From NCBI RefSeq assembly GCF_964355755.1, contig NC_092673.1, forward strand, positions 27,835,648-27,899,647: DNA of 64,000 nt, given 5' to 3'. Shown here in pieces: positions 43,801 to 53,900 of this stretch. Made by a program: the position numbers and the translations under genes. The stretch is from Antedon mediterranea (taxonomy: Eukaryota; Animalia; Echinodermata). Position 1 is the first letter of the stretch. Each line of letters begins with the position of its first letter. The notes under the pieces are model-generated. The model worked only from the letters and a program-made list of their open reading frames with translations, made no database searches and had not been told where the DNA came from.

Positions 43801-44589
43801 GACACGTAATGGTGCAGTAGTTGGCTGTCGGTGACACGATGGTACCCTTAAAGCGTGGTTCCCACTAGTGACGCAACACAAGGACGTAACGCAACGCAAG
43901 TGAATTGACCAATCACAAGCGATGGCTTTTTCGCTTGCGATTGCTAACTGTCTATAACTTCGCTTGTCATTGGTTAAAACGCTTGCGTTGCGTTTACGTC
44001 CTTGCGTTACGTTCTAGTGGGAACCAAGCTTAAGGCAGAAGAATGTTGTTGAAAAGGTGTAACATCTAAGTCCACAGCGCTCTGATCTTCATGAAATAGG
44101 GCGCTATATAAATGGAGCATTATATATTATAAATGAAAATAAGATAAACAACGTTTAATATCGAAAGGCTGACTAGAATACTAACAGCATAAAAAGACAA
44201 TGACTTTGGGACGATAATAACACAAACAATAAATCGTCTATTATGTGCTTAAAAAACCATACCCATGTAGGAATTAAAACAGGAATGTAGGTCTACTGTG
44301 GTTTTCGTGCGTTTTTAATATTTCAGAAGTTTGTGATTTTTATAAATGAACAGCTTAGAAATAAGACTTTCACATTAAAAAATATATCTATCGAGGTGGT
44401 TACGACGATGGCACTCCTGAAGTCATCTTAGACATTGCGCAGATAACTTAACTCGTCCAAAGTGACGAGTTCAAGTCTTCTAAATATAAATTATATATTT
44501 TAAATATAATGTATTTACTATCCTTGTTATCTTTATATACAGGTGATTGTAGACCTCCGCCAATTCACAAGCGTAGGCGATACAACTAA
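22843..44589 (+). CDS. EGFL7: EGF-like domain multiple 7/8 homolog (secreted EMI-EGF-cbEGF-coiled-coil protein), complete
   Basis: Exons: 22843-22931 ([24 protein letters not shown], signal-like); 36912-37040 (GRHVC...[29 protein letters not shown]); 40653-40768 (AVYHVAYR...CCPGW); 41671-41766 (EGF: [24 protein letters not shown]); 42844-42966 (cbEGF: DINEC...[10 protein letters not shown]); 43091-43152 (RVELLE); 43422-43611 ([15 protein letters not shown]); 44543-44589 (CDCR...TAA). All splice phases are compatible. The C-terminal SLSEQxSxLEE..CxC is typical of EGFL7/8. It is probably a pro-ortholog of both genes. Confidence 0.9.
23880..24113. repeat. Minisatellite, ~22 bp unit GGTTAACAGTGTTGGTTATGTT
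   Basis: About 10-11 tandem copies. Confidence 0.9.
24472..24792. repeat. Diverged tandem duplication (~175 bp unit) rich in GAGTGAA/TTCACTC
   Basis: 24472-24607 aligns by eye with 24648-24792 (CTCTAGTTAACGATTTT and AAAGTGAA shared). Confidence 0.7.
26310..26400 (+). mobile_element. Degenerate tRNA-derived SINE head
   Basis: A-box-like TGGTGGTTAA and B-box-like GGTTCAATTC at tRNA spacing, with no intact cloverleaf. A similar head is on the minus strand at about 55735-55790. Confidence 0.4.
27362..29423. repeat. 149-bp inverted duplication (27362-27510 vs 29275-29423)
   Basis: Compared base by base: one mismatch in 149 bp. Confidence 0.92.
27581..27838. repeat. Minisatellite, ~22 bp unit CCATTTACTAGACCCTGGATAT
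   Basis: About 11-12 tandem copies. Confidence 0.9.
32556..32698. repeat. Minisatellite, 16 bp unit AAGTTTGAGCCTCAAC
   Basis: About 9 tandem copies. Confidence 0.9.
35470..35587. mobile_element. Helentron-associated (DINE/HINE-like) short element
   Basis: AAACAAGG start, a (CCGA/CAGA)n microsatellite and the terminal hairpin AGTCGCGTCCACGCGACT-AAAA. A related fragment lies at about 39120-39200. Confidence 0.55.
36659..36783. repeat. Direct tandem duplication (~57 bp)
   Basis: TTATAATAAAAAAATGAGTAGGCCTAAATAATATTCGTTAGTGGTTGGAAATAT occurs twice. Confidence 0.85.
43640..44130 (+). mobile_element. Conserved-core SINE interrupted by MITE B
   Basis: Core CTTCGCGGATAAAGACTATAAACCGTTG...GTGCACTTTTAAGAAC...GAGTATGGGG and an L2-type tail GCGCTATATAAAT...TATTAT. 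A related copy is on the minus strand at about 11565-11760. Confidence 0.5.
43852..44030. mobile_element. PIF/Harbinger-type MITE family B (representative), inserted into a SINE
   Basis: TAA TSD and TIR AGCGTGGTTCCCACTAG / CTAGTGGGAACCAAGCT. Relatives are at 10073-10395, 20605-20835, 30862-30970 (partial), 40160-40384, 45552-46814 (array) and about 47180-47270 (fragment). Confidence 0.85.
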
Positions 44590-45551
44590 AAAACATTCCG
44601 CCAAGTTTGATAGCCTCAAATTCCAGACTTCAATGCTATTCAGGTATCCAAATAACGGATTTATTTTGGGAACACTGAAATATAAACATCAGTGAATGAA
44701 TATTGATAGTGATGGAACGAATTAGTTGGAACTTTTACTTTTGATTGTAGGTATACCGTCCAATACGTTGCATATGAACAGTGTTTGCTGTGTGCAAAAT
44801 AGTCTCGAAACAACCATCCGCGGTCAATCCTGAAAGTGACAATTAGAATCATCACCATTGGTTTGAAACAGCATTGATCATGTAGCCTACTACGACGCAA
44901 TAAACGTCATGCCTTAAAAGCAAGCAAATGTCGGTTTATTAATTTGCTTGCATTGACAAAATGTAGGCCTGATTTTTTTAAACTGTGATCTCTGCGATCT
45001 AAGATGTCGTGTATCAAGAATAAAGATCTGACGACAAGAGTTTCATCTGACAAAATCTGAAATTCTCTGTCGAATCACGTGACATACAACGTATTGACGA
45101 AAATAGCCATTTATCTTCCCCTCTCGAAAATACATACTTATATTTTTGAAGTCTTCCTGTCAAGCGCCTTGGATATGATAGAACATTGAATTGAACAACT
45201 AAGGAATATTAAATAAAGTTAACGAAATAATAATTCATAATTTAAGAATTTTGTATAATGCATGCCATGAATTCATTGGAGCATATAGGTGGTCTGAGCA
45301 TATTGATATCAGCGCTATAAATTGATTAATATGCTATGACATAGACACATAATTAAAGTATTGCTTTTTTAGAAGACGAAATTTAAAGGAAATCACGAAA
45401 TAGATATATTTTTACATCTGATTATAATACACGTACTTAAATGTTAGGTTTCTAATGCTGAATATTCTATAAGAGTTAGCATTTTTGCTATTTCATAATT
45501 CTTATTTATTAGTATGAATAATTTATGTATATTCGTAGGTCGACGTAATTA

Positions 45552-46814
45552 AAGCCTGGTTCCCACTGGTCACAACGACGTCGACGCAACGTAAGTGGGT
45601 TGGCCAATCACAAGCGAGGACATTTTGAATGAGCCACCGCGTCACCGTGATTGGTCAATCACTTGCGTTGCACTTTCGTTGTGCTTACATTGCGACATAG
45701 TGGGAACCGAGGTAAATCTGGGTTCCCACTATAGACGCAACGCAAGAAGGTAGACGCAACGCAAGTGAATTGACCAATCACAAGCGATGGCTTATTCGCT
45801 TGTGATTATTGCTAACTGTCTATAACTTCGCTTGTCATTGGTTAAAACGCGTTGCGTTTACGTCATTGCGTTACGTTCTAGTGGGAACCAAGCTTAATGA
45901 TTGGTAAATCACTTAAGCGTGGTTCCCACTAGCGACGCAATGCAAGGACGTAACGCAACGCAAGTGAATTGACCAATCACAAGCGATGGCTTATTCGCTT
46001 GTGATTATTGCTAACTGTCTATAACTTCGCTTGTCATTGGTTAAAACGCGTTGCGTTTACGTCATTGCGTTACGTTCTAGTGGGAACCAAGCTTAATGAT
46101 TGGTAAATCACTTAAGCGTGGTTCCCACTAGCGACGCAATGCAAGGACGTAACGGAACGCCAGTGAATTGACCAATCACAAGCGATGGCTTATTCGCTTG
46201 TGATTGCCAACTGTCTATAACTTCGCTTGTCATTGGTTAAAACGCTTGCGTTGCGTTTACGTCCTTGCGTTACGTTCTAGTGGGAACCAAGCTTTATGCG
46301 TGATTCCCACTAGAGACGCAACACAGCGACGTAATTCAACGTAAGGGATTTAACCAATCACAGATGAAATATTCAGTAAACTGCGTATACGTTCTTGCGT
46401 TGCGTCCTAGTGAAAATCAAGCTTAAAGCTTAATTGGTTCCCACTAGAACATAACGCAAGGACGTAAACGCAACGCAAGCGTTTTAACCAATGGCAAGCG
46501 AAGTTATAGACAGTTAGCAATCACAAGCGAATAAGCTATCGCTTGTGATTGGTCAATTCACTTGCGTTGCGTTACGTTCTTGCGTTGCGTCGCTAGTGGG
46601 AACCACGCTTTAGGTTGCGTTACGTCCTACGTTGCGTTGTGTACGCCTTATGTTGCGTTGTATACGTCCTTATGTTGCGTTACTTCTTTGTGCTGCGTTA
46701 CGTCCTTGTATTGCGTCACGTTCTTGTTTTGCGTTACGTTCTTGTATTCCGTCACGTTGTGTTCCGTCACGTCCTTGTGTTGCGTTACGTCCTTTTATCT
46801 AGTGGGAACCAAGC
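45552..46814. mobile_element. Nested/tandem array of about 6-7 MITE family B copies
   Basis: Repeated GGTTCCCACTA...TAGTGGGAACC units start near 45552, 45718, 45916, 46115, 46298 and 46428 (inverted). An 18-bp GTTGCGTTACGTCCTTGT-like tandem at 46614-46795 ends in a final TIR. Confidence 0.85.
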
Positions 46815-47616
46815 ATGACTGGTGATATCATGGGCTGCCATGCACCATCTTTAGACAACTTCCACTAATTAATAAAAAATACAGTCAGTATGTAGGCCTA
46901 TATGTTTGAAACATACAAGCCATATTTTATTTCCAACAAATAAAATACAGTATAATATATACCGTAGAAGGTGGCTCCTATATTTAATTTGTAATGTCAA
47001 AGTACCACCTACAATATTTTGTTTTTCTTTCGTTTGTAATTATTGTACAAATTACCAATAATAAAAAAATGAAAATAAACTAAAGTTGTTATTAATTTCA
47101 ATGTTTATATCAACATTTTTAAAAAATTATACGGTAGGGTAGCATATAGATGGGAATCAGTGCTGTAAATCAATATGAGACTCAACGCAAGCGGATTGAC
47201 CAATCAGAGGAGATGCATTTAAACTGTCGTCTGCCACACTGCGTCCTTGCGTTGCGTCGGCGTCTTAGTAGAATACAAACATGCAGCAGCAAGTGATATG
47301 CGTGCATGACAGAAAGCAACACACTTCTACAATGATCTATATAGGCCTACTTATTTTAACACCATAATAGAGAAATAACAATTCTCCATGTTTCCAGGCA
47401 TTTATTACACCGTTTAGTACGGAAAAATAGACACTATACTTTTTTTACCGCATGATCAGCTTTGGCTGCTGGATGGACCAGTACCCTAGTGAAATATTGT
47501 TGAAATAAAATAAATCAATTTCATATCATTTTAGCACTAATAATATTTACCAGTAATCAGAATGGAAAGCTGTTGCTGAAGGCAGTGATGGCGCTCCATA
47601 TTAAAAGAATTAGGAT

Positions 47617-47626
47617 GTGACGTCAC
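47617..47626. promoter_or_regulatory. Palindromic CRE/ATF-like site upstream of DNMT1
   Basis: GTGACGTCAC, about 370 bp upstream of the ATG. Confidence 0.3.
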
Positions 47627-47859
47627 AAGGTTGTTGAACTCAATTGAACTTGATCGCTTTAGAAATGGAAGAATCCACACACTTCAGTGGCAGGTTTGGC
47701 TGCGTATATATAATAACTATCTATAAATGCACCTAGATAAGTATTGCAATTAATTACAATAGAGCTTAATGCTTTTGAAAAGGCTTTGTATGATACATAA
47801 TGGTTATTGAATAATTTCGAAAATATATCTTGTATTGTAACCCCTATATATTGAAGTAG

Positions 47860-47915
47860 TTGTTCCCAGCGGGATTTACCCGACCTGACCTTAAAATGGT
47901 AAGGGCGCGAAAAGT
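47860..47915 (+). promoter_or_regulatory. DNMT1 proximal promoter with E2F site
   Basis: GGCGCGAAAA (reverse complement TTTTCGCGCC, the E2F consensus) at 47904-47913 and GCGGGATTT near 47868 lie about 80-130 bp upstream of the ATG. DNMT1 is an established E2F target in vertebrates. Confidence 0.55.
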
Positions 47916-47993
47916 GAGCCAAAGTGTGTTTTGTGTTTGATCGTGATTTCTTTATTCGTGTTGTTGTGAAAGCTGTTCGTATTCTTCTAAGAA

Positions 47994-50900
47994 ATGCCAA
48001 CTAAAGTTGAAAATGAGTTTCACGTTACGAGTCAAGTTAAAGACACGTAAGTTGCCATATTTCATTGCTGAAGCAGCCTCCAATATTTTAAGATATCATC
48101 TGCCGTTTTAGCTTTCATTCATCATGACATGTTTTGATCTCTCTATCTAGGCCTAGCCCTAGCCTAGCTAGCTAGGGCCTAGGCCTAGTATAAGTAGTAG
48201 GCTAGGCCTAGTCTAGCTAGCTAGTGTAGTATATAGCTATCAAAGCTGGGTAGGACGTCTAGCCTACTTGGTTCTGGCTAGCTAGGCTAGGTAGCCTACT
48301 AAAACTTAAACTCTACAACAAATATTTAAAAAATCGAACTACAGAAAACAGACAAATTCATGATATTGATAGGCCTATGTACCGGAATATATTTAATAAT
48401 AGTGCCTGTCGTACAACCAAAAGAAAGTACTACTAGGCCTAGGCCTATTCTGATAAATTCTCTCAATCAATCAATCAATCAATCAATCGTTCGATTTATA
48501 TAGCGCCATTCCAACATTCATTGCTCATCATGGCGCTGTAGAAAAAATCAGAAAAGGTGAGTTTTGAGTAGTGACTTAAAGTGACTCAATAATGATGTGT
48601 ATCAAAAGGCAACCACAAAAAAACGTGGGATGTGATAAACTAGGTGATTTCAAATAAGAAGGCCAAACAAAATATTCCATCCTCCCTGATACATGATGGG
48701 GAAGACATTTCAGGGGAAGATAACATTAACATCACTTCTTCATTTAACAAGTATTTCGTTAACATTGGAAATAACCTAACTAAACAAATAAACTGTTGCC
48801 TGTTGGCTTCTGTGTGTCTTGACCATAAACTATGTAAACTATCTGTTGATGTTAAATAAATTTTGTTTTGAGATATAAAAAAAAACTATAATAGGCCCAC
48901 TAGGTTCACATTTAAGTGAATTTTTCTCTTTTGTTTGCAGCCTGTTTGAGTTGGAAAATGACTTCCAAGTTGGAAACATGACTGAACAGGCAAGTGTTTG
49001 AAGAACCTTTAATCTTTTTACTTGTAAAGACCTGGGCCTAAATGTGACCTTTAAAATTAGATCAGCAAAAAGTGTTTTTTTAAAAATATGTGATACTGAT
49101 GCTAATTATAACACAGCCATTTAATCATTTTCAGGGTTTTGTGATGAAGAAAAGCAAGCTTTTGTATGACCATCTACCAGAGATGATCCAAACAAGGTGG
49201 CCGAATATTTGCACATTTGATTAGCAACTGTACTGTAGTTATGCCTATCTATTTCTATTGCCCTGTTATATATATAACAGTAATTATTTAATGTAATGTT
49301 GAGCAATTGCATAAAAACAATACCGGACTCTCTGTAAACCGGAAACTCTCCCAATACTAGACTTAACTCAAGGTTCAAAACGTCCCACATTCATTTTCAT
49401 TAAAAACACATTCCCAATACCAGACTTTAAAAAAAAACTAGACATATTTGGCCAGCCCAAGGGTGTCCAGTATTGGGAGAGTTTACTGTTTATATGTAAT
49501 GTATTTGTTTTCATTGTTTGTAATTAAAATGTTTGTTTTAATTTAGACTGAAAAATCTTGATGCTGATTTTAAACAAGAGGAACTAACTGAGGTAAGGTA
49601 TATCGATACAGATTAGCTGTCATCTCAGTCCTGGCCTACAGTTCTTTATTATAAAATCACAGGGATAGATAAAGAAATAATAACAAACAAAGTGTTATAG
49701 CTTGCCAGCCCATCATTGCAGATGCCAATATCGCACATTATTCAGTAATTACATTTTTTGGCTTATTTTACATAATAACAGGAAGGTTATTACGCAAAGA
49801 TTAACGATGTCCTGGAGGCATACACATCAAAAGTAGCAGAGACTACCAATGGCACAAATGGTACGAAATCAATTGACCAATCAGGTGATGGCATGGAGGT
49901 TGAATGTAAGACGAATGGAAAAACAAAAAATCACACTGATGAAACTGATGTGACAGACAAACAAATGGAGGTTGATGGAGAGTTGAGTGATGCGGAAAAA
50001 GAATTGGTACTAAGTAGCAAGAAAGCCAAACAAAATAACAATGGAAGACGGGTGGTTCAAGGAGAGGTTGTGGAGAAAGAGGAGAGTTTGAGTAAGACAC
50101 CAAAAGAGAAGAAGTCCAAACAACCTGATCCTAAGCAACCCAGTATAGCAGCAATGTTTGCTAAAATGTAAGCAAATTACATACCCCATTTTGCTAACCT
50201 AAACAGTGGTGGATCCTTATAGAACGTTCGTTTGTAACACACAATATGTGTATAATTAGAAATACTGTAAGTTAGTTGCAGCAAGTTATACGGTTGGCGA
50301 AAGGTGTAATGAAACCATTTGTGGATAATCAACTGGCTCACAAGGTGCAAAAATCTGGAAAATGCAGGATAAATTTGTTGCCTGTGATTCACTACCTATC
50401 ACAAAACCAGTAACTATATTAAAAATGTCAGTAAATTGGCTAACTACTGAGCCTGGATACAGGATTTGGTCGTGTGGTGGAGTGTATTGATAAAACTCAG
50501 TTTATTTAAAATATATACCAAAATTTGCACTCCTATAGGTTGTCATAATTTATGACAAGAAAACTATGATACCCCTGCCCTGCCCCTAAACAGTAACAGT
50601 CTATTATTATTATTATTTTACTAGATGTTAATATTGCATTTTACTATTACAGGCCTACTAAGAGAAAGAATGTTGATATTGATGTAAAAGAGGAACAAAA
50701 CGGCAGTCAAAAGAGAAATGGAAATGCAGAAAAAAAGATAAAAATTGAGGAGGGGGATGATGGATCAGCTTCAGATGGTGGAACCAACACGTAAGGAGAA
50801 AACATTCTTGTTGCATGATTAGTAAATTAAAAAACCTTAAAAGTTCTTGAGCCATGTTCCCACTGGACTGTGTTTGGATATTTTCATGCAGTGACTTTTA

Positions 50901-53900
50901 CTATAATTTAGCCAACATTTTAACTGTCCAAATTGGTGCCATTTATTTATTCAACTTCTCACTAACACTGTCAGTGAAGGATCGGGACCAACAGGTGGTA
51001 AACACCTAAAACGGTCCAGTCCCAATTGCACAGTTTCTGTGTGTTTGTGCCTGTCTTTTGCAAATCTTGGCCATCGCTCAATTTGACCAAATTTAAGTCC
51101 AGTGCGATCAAGGCTTATGATGCAAAATGAAATTGCGATTCAGGAGAAGCACAAAAATGTACCAGAAAGATAGATAAAAAGAAAGACCTAAAATCCACAA
51201 TACCTCATTTTCTATCATCTCTAGCTTAGCAGTATCCTTTCAGTAAATGTTTCCCCCTTGAATGTTTTTTTGTTGAAAAGAATAAACAAATAAACCCATA
51301 TACTTTGTTGTGTTCTTTCAGTCGTAATCTACGCACAAAAACTGATGATGCTAAACCTGCAATGAAATCAATGACTACTGAAGAGAACGTGAGTAATTTT
51401 TGTGGAAGCAAGATTGTTTTTTGGTTTCTTGTCTACAGCTCTGTCTGCACTATCAAACTAGTTTGACAACAACAAAAAGTGTGATGTGCCCAAATATGGT
51501 AGTGATATGTCCAAATATGGTAGTGATATGACATCATGTCCATATATGGGCACATCACATTTTGTTGTCACATAAAGTTTGATAGTGTAGACAGAGCTTA
51601 AAAATCTTGCAAAATCAGTCCGCAATCCATGGCTCCATTCGCATGGTGTCATTCTAACGATTATTGTGCTGTGGACTTTTTACACTTTTCAACTACATTC
51701 TTTCAATTCAGTTCTGCCAATTCGGGGGCTCTCTTTCTCTCATGATTCAGTTAGTGAATGATGTTAATTTTCTATATAGCTTTCTTCACAAAAAAGACCA
51801 TATTATTATTTACCCTTTCCAGCACTGCCCTGATTCTCCTACAATTCAATAGGTAGCATGGATAAGGAGAATTTTAAAACGGAACCTGCAGCTATTTTCC
51901 TAATTTTACTGTTTTACTATTATTTGTTTTTAGCTCCCACCTTCTCGTTGCCGTGAATGTCGACAACTTCTTGATGACCGTGAACTTAAAATGTTTCCTG
52001 GTGACCCTGAAGATGCAGTAAGTTCAAAGTTGAAAGTATTTATTTTAAGTAGGTTATACAGTTTTGAAATGTTATCTTGCACAAATGGCATCAAATTGTG
52101 TCTGTTAAATATATTAGTAGTAGAGTAGAATCCTTATTAAGGGGACACATTTGGTACCCAAAAAAGTGTCCCCTTAATTTTTTCCTAAATAGAGGTGTCC
52201 TACTGGAGAGGTTTCATTGCATTTTTAGTCATAGTCATATATACTTTATTGTCCATTTGAAAAACAGAAATGTGATTTGAAAACTGGCAAAATACAAAAA
52301 TATAAAATACAATTTACAAAAACACACACAAAAAGTTAAGAGGCTAAAAATGGTTAAAATTAGATAAAAATTATCGGTTACATTTTACCTTTGTACTCTG
52401 GAGTTATATAAGTGTATAGCATTAGGTACAAACGAGCACCTAAACCGTTTTGTTTTGGTATTAAGTGCACGTAGTCTTATGCCAGAATTCATGAGAGCAA
52501 ATTGTTTGTGAAGAGGATGTGTTTCATCATCAATGATACTTTTTACTTTTTTTAACACATTTTCTTTATACAAGGATTCAACATCAGGTAAGTGCTCTCC
52601 TACTAGTCTAATTGCTCTATTTCCTATTTTTTATTTTTTTTATTATATTATATTAACAGGTGGATGAGTTTATTGCTTTAACGGATCCTCGATTGTCTCT
52701 CTTTACTGGAGAAGAAGCAGAAATAGTCAGTGCTGACGAACGCCCTCAACATAAGATCACAAATTTCAGGTGAGTAAAGATTTTGTTCGATAATTTATGC
52801 CTAGGTAACAACATATATGTTTTAGTAGCAGGCTAATGTTATGAATAAGATCATGTAATTTGATTGAATTTTCTTTTTAGTGTTTATGACAAGAACACCC
52901 ACATGTGTCCATTTGATACTGGTATGATTGAGAAAAATAAAGAGCTGTTCTTTAGTGGTCATGTCAAGCCAATATATGATGAAAATCCTGCTATGGAAGG
53001 TTAGATAAATGCTTTATTTTAAGTTATTTAAAAACAATCTATGATGTAAAGAATAAAAATGTACCATACTATACAGATTCCTTTCTCTTTTATATATTCT
53101 GTCATGTACAATACAAGAATATGAAAAACTAAAATAAATAAATAAACAACCTACTAAATAAAGAACCAACAAATATAAAAGTACTTCCTCTAACAGTCAC
53201 ATTTTATATGTTACATTTACTTTTTTAGGTGGCGTTGCTACTAAGGCTCTAGGCCCAATAAATGAATGGTGGACTGCAGGCTTTGATGGTGGAGAGAAGT
53301 GTTTAATTGGCTTTGGTACAGGTATGTAGCCATGTAGTAAATTAGGATTCGGAGGGAAAATAAAACTCTAATAATAATAATTCAATAGTATGTTCAATAA
53401 AAAGTCCAGTAAGGTTTAGTTAGATTTGTGATCATTTTACTTTTGGTAAATCTGTTAAAGGTTTTAAGTTTACCTTACTAGGCTGTGTGTATAGCTGCTT
53501 ACCAACTAAGGTCATGCATTATACTGTCAGACCCTTAAGCTCTGTCTACACTATCAAACTAGTTTGTGTGATGTACCCAAATTTGGTAGACATATGACCA
53601 ATTATGTCCATATATGGGCACATCACATTTTTTTGTCACATAAAGTTTGATAGTGTAGACAAAGCTTTAGGCTTTGCCTGACTGGAGTATGTGTAATTAG
53701 TCAAATGTGTAGTCTTTAAAACCATCTTTATTAAATACTAGAAATCAAGTAAGCTTGAGCCAATTTATGAACCTCTGCATTTTAACTTACAGATTACTAT
53801 AGACACTACAAGATATACCTATTTTATTTATTTTCAGCCTATGCTGAATATGTTTTGATGTCACCTAGTGAAGCCTATAAACCCATCTACCAGGCAATGC

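Noticed and set aside
46562-46825. Two overlapping Cys/Val/Arg-rich ORFs
   Set aside because: They are translations of the 18-bp tandem repeat inside the MITE-B array.
47659-48000. 113-aa antisense ORF at the DNMT1 start (divergent gene?)
   Set aside because: It has a non-ATG start, overlaps the promoter/5' UTR, and shows no recognisable domain or splice partners.
50975-50998. Possible extra DNMT1 micro-exon (AG...GT)
   Set aside because: Both candidate donors give the wrong phase relative to the flanking exons.
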